Part shown: in pieces, positions 30,007-37,861 of the stretch | How positions within the stretch are numbered: the first letter of the stretch is position 1 | How the letters are laid out: the number at the start of each line of letters is the position of its first letter | NCBI GenBank assembly: GCA_023132155.1 | Contig: JAGLYP010000023.1 | Coordinates: 11,504-75,503, forward strand | Direction: 5' to 3' | Source: Candidatus Parcubacteria bacterium | GTDB taxonomy: Bacteria > Patescibacteriota > Patescibacteriia > Patescibacteriales > UBA12075 | DNA: 64,000 nucleotides | Program-made: the position numbers and the translations under genes | The notes under the pieces: model-generated | Told to the model about the DNA's origin: nothing | Databases searched by the model: none | What the model saw: the letters and a program-made list of their open reading frames with translations, nothing else

Positions 30007-33000
30007 ATGCAAAAATTACGCAAAGCTTTAGTTGTCAGCGTGATGGCGATCACTGTCTTGTCTCTTAGCGTGTTATCTGTACCTTTACAGGTTGACGCGG
30101 CTGCGCAAGCCGGTGATTTGATTAAAATGGATGGTCTTTCATCTGTTTATTATCTAGCCGCCGATGGCAAGCGTTACGTTTTCCCTAATGAAGCTACATA
30201 TTTTTCCTGGTACGGCGACTTTTCCGGAGTTGTGACTATTCCTCAATCTGAGTTAGAGTCTTATTCTTTGGGAGCTAATGTTACTGTTAGACCGGGAACA
30301 AAATTAATTAAAATTACCACAGATCCAAAAGTATACGCTGTTGAGCCAAACGGAAATTTAGTACACATTCCGGATGAAGCAACCGCTATTACTTTGTACG
30401 GAGCTGATTGGGCTGCACGAGTTGTTGATATCGCTGACGCGTTTTTCACCAACTACAATGTAACCGGAAATCAAACAAGCGCGACTGCTTATCCAACAGG
30501 TACTTTAGTTGATTTCGGCGGTACCGGTGATGTTTCTTACATTGACGCTGACGGAAACGCGAGAAAGATTGCTGATGAAGCAAGCTTTTTGGCAAACCGC
30601 TTTAAATGGGGTGATGTTATTGTTTCAACTTTAACAGCGCCTACTGCAGGCACTGAAGTTGCAGGTGCTGAAGAAGGTATGACTGACACATCTTCTGGCG
30701 CTGGCGGAACTGCCGGGGCTGGAACTGGATTGACTGTTGCTTTGGCGAGTGATACTCCTGCGGCTGGAAATATTCCAGATGATACCCCAGTTGAATTTTT
30801 AAAGTTTAATTTAACTGCTGCATCTGATGGTGATGTTACTGTTAACTCCGTCATTATTACCGCCTATGATTTGGGTAATTATGATAATATTGAAAATGTA
30901 ACTTTATACAGCGATGGCATTAAGATCTCATCTGAAAAAGATATCAACAGTGACGGAGAAGCTACTATTAATCTATCAAGTGGATTTTTAGTTGCTGCCG
31001 GAACTACTGAATCTTTAACTGTTCGCGCTGAAATTGATGACACTAGCGGAAACTTTGCCTTAGGTTTAGCTTCTGCTTCTGATATCGTAACTAACGGAGC
31101 AGTAGTAAGCGGATCTTTCCCAATTATCGGCAATACTAAAGCTATCGTTGATGTTACTATTGGCGATATTGAAATTGATGGTTTTGCTGCTAGTCCTGTA
31201 ACTGAAGAACTAGGAGAAGAAGATATCCTTTTAGCTGATTTTAATTTGGATAATGAAGGAAATGAAGATGTTATCTGGGAATCAGCTAGAATTGAAAATA
31301 AAGATGACGCTGGTGTTGCTGAAAATGTAAAACTTTACATTGAAGGCGACGAAGTTGCTGACGCTACTCTTAGCGGTGATTTCTATGTTTTTGACATTGG
31401 AAATTATTTAATTGAAGAGGGCGATAATATTGATGTTGAAGTAAGAGGTGACATTGGTGTTACTGACACTGATGATACTTTTAATCTTCAAATTGATGAA
31501 ATGAGTGATTTTTCATTTATGGGACAAAGATATGGCTATGGTATTGAGATGGCTGATGACGATGCGGATTTGAGCACAGGTATCGCCGTAACTTTAGAAA
31601 CTGGCGAGGTTACTATTGCTATGGATGAATCTGCTCAAGACAACGAAGTACGTTCTGGTACTGATAATGTAGTTTTAGCTGTTATCCAAATTGTTTCAAA
31701 CAGTGAAGACGCTACTATTGAAGAAATTGATGGTGGTACTGCTCAGTTTATTATTGAGCCTATCAGCGGAACAGTTGCTTTTGCTGAATTAGAAGATATT
31801 GAGCTTCATAATGTTGATGGAGGCACTTATGATGTTGATGCCGGTTCTGCTTTAGTGGGCGGAAACTGGGAATTAGATATTGATGAAGATATCTTTTTAC
31901 CAGTAGGCGAAATGCAAACTTTTGAATTATTAGCTGATATTACTGATGATATGGATGATGGAGTTGAATTACAGGTTACTTTAGAGGACGGAGCTTTTAC
32001 TATTACCGGTGAAGACTCTGATGCTGCTATTATCAATATCTCTCCTTCTAGCATTGACGCTAATGAAGTAACTATTGAAGAGGCTTCATTTGAGATGGTT
32101 GTTCAAGCCTTAACTGATGAATCAGTTGTCGGCGGCGCTTTAGATGTTTTAATTTTTGAAGCTACCTTAGAAGCTGGTGATTCTTCTGAAATTGAACTTC
32201 GATCCATTACTTTGGATGCAGAAGCTGGAAGTGACGCTTTTGATGATGATGACATTACCGATCTTAGATTAATGATTGATGGTGAAGAATTAGAAGCATT
32301 ATCCTCTGAAAGCTCTATGGACGGAACAGCTGCAGCTTATATCACATTCAACAGCTTAGATTCTACTTTAAGAGTAATTCCTGCCGGCGATATCGTAACT
32401 TTACAAGTTTATGCAGATATTGACGGAGATGCTACAGCTGGAAGTTTTGCTTTAGAAATTGACGCTGTTGCTGATATTGATGCTGACGATGAAGATGGTG
32501 ATGATGTTGTTGCCGGATCAAAAACAATTAATACTGGAACAGTTTCAAGAGATGTTACTATAGCTGAAACAGGAACTTTAAAAGTTGAGTTAAAGATTGA
32601 TGATACCGCAGCTAATAATGATGTTTACATCTTAGCTGGTACTGAAACCGTCCAAGATAGGTATCTTGGTGAATTAGTTTTTGTTACCGAGTACGAACCT
32701 ATTTTGGTTGAGACTTTGGTATTGGAGCAAACAGGTACTGCTGATAGCGGGGATATCAAATATGTTGTTTTATATGATGAAACAGGTGCCGAGGTAGCTT
32801 CTAAAGCTCCTAGCGCTGATGGTCATGTAAATTTTTCATCATTTGATATGGAATTCGCAGCTGACGAATCCACATCTCTTTTCCTCGGTGTTGTTACTAA
32901 GGGAATTAATGTTGATGGCGACGCCACTGCTACTGCCAGTTCATCCGCTACCATTAAGTTTGAAATTGCCGATGATACAGCATTAGCTGCTTTAAGTGTC

Positions 33001-33624
33001 GCTAGCGATGAAGCTGTAACTGCCAAAGGAGTTGAATCTAATGAGACTTTGGATATCGCTTCTACTACAGGTGCTGTTGCTGATAATCAGTATGCTGTTG
33101 ATGATACATCAAATGAAGCTACTTTAGCTGGCGCCGTGTTAACTTCTGTTGTTAACGTAATGGACGACGGTATTTTAACAGGCGGTACTCCTACAATTGC
33201 CAAATACAAATTTGTATTTGACAATGGCTCTAACCGAACTACCAGCAACGAAGAGTTAAAAGCTCAATTAGTATCTTTAACTCTTACTATTGCCACTTCT
33301 ACTGGAGTAGGGTTAGAAGAGGTTCGCGCTTATATAGAAGGCGATTCAGCCAATAAAACTGCTACTGGCGTTGATAGCGCAGCAGGAGAAGTTACTATTG
33401 TTCTAAGCAGTGGATTAGCTGATAGCTCTTTAGTTGACGGTGAAGTTACTTTAGTAATTACCGCTGACGTTACCGGTATTGATGAAAATAATTGGTTGCA
33501 GACAGAGATTGATGATTTGAGCGCAGACTTTACTTATAATGGCAACAACGGAGAAAACACTGATGATTTCTCTGATGCTTTGTTGGACATTACTGAAGTA
33601 ATTGGAGCATATCTTTCTAATTAA
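30007..33624 (+). CDS. Giant (1205 aa) secreted, extremely acidic cell-surface / S-layer-like protein, with an N-terminal tandem ~60-aa repeat domain.
   Basis: A signal peptide, two N-terminal repeats (LIKMDG...YYLAADGKRYVFPNEAT / LIKITTDPKVYAVEPNGNLVHIPDEAT), then a D/E/T/A/G/V-rich low-complexity body. It sits behind a ~500-nt GC-rich leader and ahead of a strong terminator. Confidence 0.7.
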   Translation: MQKLRKALVVSVMAITVLSLSVLSVPLQVDAAAQAGDLIKMDGLSSVYYLAADGKRYVFPNEATYFSWYGDFSGVVTIPQSELESYSLGANVTVRPGTKLIKITTDPKVYAVEPNGNLVHIPDEATAITLYGADWAARVVDIADAFFTNYNVTGNQTSATAYPTGTLVDFGGTGDVSYIDADGNARKIADEASFLANRFKWGDVIVSTLTAPTAGTEVAGAEEGMTDTSSGAGGTAGAGTGLTVALASDTPAAGNIPDDTPVEFLKFNLTAASDGDVTVNSVIITAYDLGNYDNIENVTLYSDGIKISSEKDINSDGEATINLSSGFLVAAGTTESLTVRAEIDDTSGNFALGLASASDIVTNGAVVSGSFPIIGNTKAIVDVTIGDIEIDGFAASPVTEELGEEDILLADFNLDNEGNEDVIWESARIENKDDAGVAENVKLYIEGDEVADATLSGDFYVFDIGNYLIEEGDNIDVEVRGDIGVTDTDDTFNLQIDEMSDFSFMGQRYGYGIEMADDDADLSTGIAVTLETGEVTIAMDESAQDNEVRSGTDNVVLAVIQIVSNSEDATIEEIDGGTAQFIIEPISGTVAFAELEDIELHNVDGGTYDVDAGSALVGGNWELDIDEDIFLPVGEMQTFELLADITDDMDDGVELQVTLEDGAFTITGEDSDAAIINISPSSIDANEVTIEEASFEMVVQALTDESVVGGALDVLIFEATLEAGDSSEIELRSITLDAEAGSDAFDDDDITDLRLMIDGEELEALSSESSMDGTAAAYITFNSLDSTLRVIPAGDIVTLQVYADIDGDATAGSFALEIDAVADIDADDEDGDDVVAGSKTINTGTVSRDVTIAETGTLKVELKIDDTAANNDVYILAGTETVQDRYLGELVFVTEYEPILVETLVLEQTGTADSGDIKYVVLYDETGAEVASKAPSADGHVNFSSFDMEFAADESTSLFLGVVTKGINVDGDATATASSSATIKFEIADDTALAALSVASDEAVTAKGVESNETLDIASTTGAVADNQYAVDDTSNEATLAGAVLTSVVNVMDDGILTGGTPTIAKYKFVFDNGSNRTTSNEELKAQLVSLTLTIATSTGVGLEEVRAYIEGDSANKTATGVDSAAGEVTIVLSSGLADSSLVDGEVTLVITADVTGIDENNWLQTEIDDLSADFTYNGNNGENTDDFSDALLDITEVIGAYLSN

Positions 33625-33657
33625 TTTTTTTAAAAATTAATTTAGATAGAAAAATCC

Positions 33658-33692
33658 AAAAACCCCCTCCCATTTTCGGGAGGGGGTTTTGT
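33658..33692 (+). terminator. Rho-independent terminator (AAAAACCCCCTCCCATTTTCGGGAGGGGGTTTTG).
   Basis: A GC stem followed by a U-tract directly after the surface-protein gene. Confidence 0.85.
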
Positions 33693-33827
33693 CTTGAACT
33701 ATGATTTGTATGATTAAATGATAGACTATGATTATTTTTTTCATAGCCCATCATAATAATCAGAAAAATCATAGTTCAGAAATTTTTGACATATTTTTTA
33801 TTTATGATATTATAAAAATATAACAAA

Positions 33828-34289
33828 TTGGAAAATAATTACATGATAATAACATCTCAACAATTTAATAAATTGGCTACTAAAAAGGACTTAAAAAAGG
33901 ATTTGGAAAAATTAGAGCAAAAGATAGACAAAAAGTTTTCCACAAAAGAGGAATTAAAAAAGGAAGTAAGCAAATTAGCTACTAAAAAAGACTTGAAAGA
34001 ATTAAGGCAAGAATCTAAAAAAGATTTGGAGAAATTTGCGATTAGGGCATTTGATATGTTTGCCTCTAAAGATGATTTGAAAGAATTAGAAAAAAGGGTT
34101 GCAAGCAAGGCAGATATTGACAAACTTTTAACCGTAATGGACAGTATTGTCGGAAAACACCAAGAGATTGAAACAGAACGCGCAGCCAATATCGGCGCGC
34201 ATGACCGTATTGAAAAAGATATTGTTAAAACAGACAAAAGAGTTACGGTTGTTGAAAAAAAACTTGAAACAATTCCGGTCGCGGTATAA
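33828..34289 (+). CDS. Coiled-coil protein with K/D/L/E heptad-like repeats (ATKKDLKKDLEKLEQK...), hypothetical.
   Basis: 153 aa of low complexity. Confidence 0.45.
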   Translation: MENNYMIITSQQFNKLATKKDLKKDLEKLEQKIDKKFSTKEELKKEVSKLATKKDLKELRQESKKDLEKFAIRAFDMFASKDDLKELEKRVASKADIDKLLTVMDSIVGKHQEIETERAANIGAHDRIEKDIVKTDKRVTVVEKKLETIPVAV

Positions 34290-34413
34290 TATAGCTAGTT
34301 TTCGCAAGGCAGTTATTTAAAAATGTTTCTTGACTAAAATAAAAATTTTGGCTAATATAATAATATTAATGCTAAACAGTAGTTTAGTTTATTTTTTTTG
34401 CGCATAAATTATT

Positions 34414-34486
34414 GCCGGCGTAGCTCAGTTGGTAGAGCAATGGTTTTGTAAACCATCGGTCGGGGGTTCGAGTCCCTTCGCCGGCT
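34414..34486 (+). tRNA. tRNA-Thr (anticodon UGU).
   Basis: GCCGGCG acceptor, GCTC/GAGC D-stem, anticodon loop TTTGTAA, T-loop TTCGAGT; 73 nt. Confidence 0.85.
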
Positions 34487-34487
34487 C

Positions 34488-34523
34488 AAATAAAATAAGT
34501 CTCTTTTGGGACTTATTTTATTT
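34488..34523 (+). terminator. Hairpin terminator after tRNA-Thr (AATAAAATAAGTC-tcttttg-GGACTTATTTTATTT).
   Basis: Read from the sequence. Confidence 0.6.
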
Positions 34524-34526
34524 GAG

Positions 34527-34560
34527 AGGTGAATGGGACTCGAACCCCTTTGACCAGTAT
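34527..34560 (-). repeat. Inverted tRNA-like fragment (GGGACTCGAACCCC, the complement of a T-arm).
   Basis: GGTGAATGGGACTCGAACCCCTTTGACCA. Confidence 0.4.
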
Positions 34561-34643
34561 TTTTAGAGAGTAAAAACATAGGAATTAAAATAAAATAATA
34601 AAAGAAAATATTAACGTGAATAATGACGGTGTAGGGTTCACCC

Positions 34644-34665
34644 TTTCGAGTCCCTTCGCCGGCTC
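34644..34665 (+). repeat. Direct duplicate of the 22-nt 3' end of tRNA-Thr (an att-like scar).
   Basis: TTCGAGTCCCTTCGCCGGCTCA is identical to 34465-34486, about 160 bp downstream of the tRNA. Confidence 0.7.
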
Positions 34666-34710
34666 AGATATATAAAAAACTATCCTGAATAGGATAGTTT
34701 TTTATATATC
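34666..34710. terminator. Perfect 20-bp-arm palindrome (AGATATATAAAAAACTATCC-tgaat-GGATAGTTTTTTATATATCT); terminator for the HD gene.
   Basis: Read from the sequence. Confidence 0.6.
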
Positions 34711-34734
34711 TGAGGGGCGTGGAATTAATTTGGA

Positions 34735-35334
34735 TTAATAGCCCGCCTCAGGCATTTTAATCCATTTATTGGCTTTGAGATGCCAGTCTGAAACATCAAC
34801 CTTTTGCAGTAAATCCCATAATTCTTTAGCGGAATTCGTATATAATTTTTTATCCCTGACCATTTTACGAATATCTTTCCATTTTTTCGGAAGTTTTGAT
34901 CCGCGCTCTTCAAACTCCTTAAGCTCTATGTCAACATCCAAATTGTCCGCGTCTTTCACAATTTTTGATTCAACGCAATTTCTGTCTTCGTAATTCCTGA
35001 ATTCATTATCATAAAAATCCTTGAGAATTGTGTTGGAAAATAGATCATTGGCGGCTAAAGCATCATCAGCTTTTACGTAAATTTTTTGCATATAGCCTAA
35101 ATCAGATGTTCTTGTTTCCGGCAAATCATGCACCATGGCCATGCGAATAATCTTATTTTCATCTCCGGCATTTTCCATTCTGGAAATTATCAAGGCGATC
35201 CAAATCACCCGCATGGTATGTTCTAAAACAGTAGCGCAATCCATGTCCAGGTGCTGCCGCCATCCTCGTTGGACATTTTTTAGAGTTCCAATTTCAAATA
35301 AGAAATCTATATTTCTTTTATTATGGTTTTTCAT
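34735..35334 (-). CDS. HD-domain phosphohydrolase (YfbR-like 5'-deoxynucleotidase family).
   Basis: H...HDLPE...D metal-binding motifs and KDADNLD; 199 aa. Confidence 0.75.
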   Translation of the reverse strand: MKNHNKRNIDFLFEIGTLKNVQRGWRQHLDMDCATVLEHTMRVIWIALIISRMENAGDENKIIRMAMVHDLPETRTSDLGYMQKIYVKADDALAANDLFSNTILKDFYDNEFRNYEDRNCVESKIVKDADNLDVDIELKEFEERGSKLPKKWKDIRKMVRDKKLYTNSAKELWDLLQKVDVSDWHLKANKWIKMPEAGY

Positions 35335-35419
35335 TTTATCATTTTATCTAGTTATTTTTTAATATTTTTATTATACCACGTTAGTTTTAAATTGTGAAAA
35401 TCTGTGTTAATATTGAAGT

Positions 35420-36517
35420 ATGAAAAAAATAATCATAATTTCACTATTATTGCTAATTTTACCGGTTTTTGTTGCCGCGCAGTCTGAAATGGAAAAAGAT
35501 ACGATTTTTAAGGCGGAAATTATTGAAATATTAGCCGAAAAAGAAATTATTTTAACTGACGGATCAACAGATAAGCAGCAGCATTTAAAAATGCTGGGGC
35601 TTGAAAGTGATTTTAAAGGCAAAGAGTTTGAGTTTAACGGGATAGGGGAAATAAATGTTTTAAATAAGCAGATATATGATGTCGGAGACAAGGTTTTGGT
35701 TATTGAAAATAAAGGGGAGGATAAAAATAATTATTATATAGTTGATTACGTGCGAGCCGGAGCGCTTTGGTGGCTGGCCGCGTTTTTTGTTTTGGTTTTA
35801 TTATTTGTTGGAAAAATCAAAGGGCTTAGATCTTTATTGTCGCTGTTTTTGTCTTTTGTAATTATAATAAAATTTATTATTCCGCAGATTATAACTGGCG
35901 CTAATCCTTTAATTATAACAATCATCGGTTCAGTCGCGATTTTGTTGATTATTATTTATCTTACGGAAGGCTTTAAGCCAAAGGCGCACTTGGCTTTTGC
36001 AAGCATATTTATAAGTTTGTTATTAACCGTAGTGGTTTCACAATTATTTGTCAGTTTGGCAAAATTAACCGGAGCGGCTTCCGAGGACGTGCTTTTTCTT
36101 TTTAATATTGACGGCTTAAGCATTAACTTGCAAGGCTTGCTTTTGGCCGGAATTATAATCGGCGCCTTGGGAGTTTTGGATGATGTTGTGATCGCGCAAG
36201 TTTCCACGGTTAAAGAAATTGCTTCGGCCGATAGGGGATTAAACAGTAAAGCGGTTTTTTCAAAAGCCTATAAAGTCGGAATATCGCATATCGCCTCAAT
36301 GACAAATACGCTTTTTTTAGCTTACGCAGGCGTTTCTTTGCCGTTATTGGTTTTGTTTGTTTCAGGAGAAAGCGTTTTTTCTTCTTGGACGCAAGCCGTT
36401 AATACGGAATTGATTGCCACAGAAATAATCCGCGCCTTAACCGGCAGCATCGGCTTAATTTTATCAGTGCCAATATCAACTTATATAGCCAGCCGATGGT
36501 TTTGCCGGCGGAGGTAG
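35420..36517 (+). CDS. YibE/F-like polytopic membrane protein.
   Basis: A signal/TM segment, a periplasmic N-terminal domain, then about eight TM helices; the family assignment is tentative. Confidence 0.5.
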   Translation: MKKIIIISLLLLILPVFVAAQSEMEKDTIFKAEIIEILAEKEIILTDGSTDKQQHLKMLGLESDFKGKEFEFNGIGEINVLNKQIYDVGDKVLVIENKGEDKNNYYIVDYVRAGALWWLAAFFVLVLLFVGKIKGLRSLLSLFLSFVIIIKFIIPQIITGANPLIITIIGSVAILLIIIYLTEGFKPKAHLAFASIFISLLLTVVVSQLFVSLAKLTGAASEDVLFLFNIDGLSINLQGLLLAGIIIGALGVLDDVVIAQVSTVKEIASADRGLNSKAVFSKAYKVGISHIASMTNTLFLAYAGVSLPLLVLFVSGESVFSSWTQAVNTELIATEIIRALTGSIGLILSVPISTYIASRWFCRRR

Positions 36518-36529
36518 TTTGGTTTATTT

Positions 36530-36551
36530 TGTAGCCCGTAGGGGAGTCGAA
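36530..36551 (-). repeat. Direct duplicate of the 22-nt 3' end of tRNA-Glu (an att-like scar).
   Basis: TGTAGCCCGTAGGGGAGTCGAA is identical to 36709-36730. Confidence 0.7.
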
Positions 36552-36710
36552 GGGCCGAGGCCCACGCCATCATTGTTCCTGCAGGGTGGAAATATCAAGA
36601 GAAAGTTAAGTTTAAGTATTGTTATATTTTAACACATATAATCATCAGCGGTTCTCACCCCTACGGGCCACAAACACAAAAACTCTGCTGTCGCAGAGCT
36701 TTTGTATTTG

Positions 36711-36783
36711 TAGCCCGTAGGGGAGTCGAACCCCTCTTTCTAGGATGAGAACCTAACGTCCTAAACCGATAGACGAACGGGCC
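36711..36783 (-). tRNA. tRNA-Glu (anticodon CUC).
   Basis: The reverse complement is GGCCCGTTCGTCTATCGGTTTAGGACGTTAGGTTCTCATCCTAGAAAGAGGGGTTCGACTCCCCTACGGGCTA; the D-arm and T-arm resemble bacterial tRNA-Glu. Confidence 0.75.
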
Positions 36784-37023
36784 TTAACCAATTATTAATT
36801 AAAAATTAATAATTAAGAATTTTTTAATTAAATTAAAAAACAGCTTTCTCGCTGATTTCTTTGATTATCTTAGCATGGTTTTTTGTTTTTGTCATTAGTT
36901 TTTTGTTTTTGTTTTTTATCCCTTTACTTTTTTTAAAAAATATATTAATATATAATTAATTAACCGCCAAAGAGGTGGTTTTTAGTTGTTTGGCCGGGTT
37001 GAAGTAATAAAAATATAATAAAT

Positions 37024-37097
37024 TCGGAGGTCGTCTAATGGTAGGACTCCAGGTTTTGGTCCTGGCTATCGGGGTTCGAATCCCTGCCTCCGAGCCA
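37024..37097 (+). tRNA. tRNA-Gln (anticodon UUG), CCA encoded.
   Basis: TCGGAGG acceptor, anticodon loop TTTTGGT, T-loop TTCGAAT; resembles bacterial tRNA-Gln. Confidence 0.8.
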
Positions 37098-37363
37098 CGA
37101 AAAATGCCCAAGGGCATCTCGTGGCACGCCACATCAAAAATTGGCATGTCACAACATTATAAGGTGAAAATTTAAAAAGCATTTTTACGTGAGCCGCGTG
37201 ATGCGCTTGCGCATTTTACGCGGCAAGGAACGTGGATTACGCACAGCCTTGCCATATAAAAAAAATTTATGTCAGATCGTTTAGAAATATCATGCATAAA
37301 AACACGTCTTTATCCGACGTGTTTTATGTTATACTATAAATGTTATTATTTTAAGAAAAAAGT

Positions 37364-37687
37364 ATGTTTTACATTTATTTACTAGAATGCCGACAAGACA
37401 AGTCTTGGTACATTGGCTATACTTCCGACTTAAAACGAAGGATAAACGATCATCAAAAAGGTTGCGGTTGCCGCACTACTTCCGCGAAAAATAACAAAGT
37501 TATCTCGCGGCAAGCCACGAAAAATGGTTTCGCCATCTCGCGGCAAGCTATGAAAAATAATTGGAAATTAATTTATTACGAAGCATACATAGAAAAGCAA
37601 GACGCTATTGGTAGAGAGAAATTTTTAAAAAGCGGATCGGGCAGGAAATATTTAAATAAGCAGTTAAGGAATTATTTATTAAAGTAG
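37364..37687 (+). CDS. GIY-YIG nuclease family protein (YhbQ/UPF0213-like) with an internal repeat-derived insertion.
   Basis: MFYIYLLECRQDKSWYIGYTSDLKRRINDHQKG...KLIYYEAY...REKFLKSGSGRKYLNKQL. The inserted segment ISRQATKNGFAISRQAMKNN is encoded by tandem ATCTCGCGGCAAGCCACGAAAAATGG units related to the tRNA-Gln 3' flank. Confidence 0.7.
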   Translation: MFYIYLLECRQDKSWYIGYTSDLKRRINDHQKGCGCRTTSAKNNKVISRQATKNGFAISRQAMKNNWKLIYYEAYIEKQDAIGREKFLKSGSGRKYLNKQLRNYLLK

Positions 37688-37861
37688 ACATAATTCTTGT
37701 TTAAAAGTTTTTAGATAGTTTTTTAATTTTTGTTTTATTTGTTGAGTTTTCATATGGGGTTATTATATCATATTTATGGTTGTGTTTGTAAAATAAGTAT
37801 TGATTTTTTGAGAAAATGAGCATAAGATTATAATAAATTAATAATTTAAAAAACAACTACT

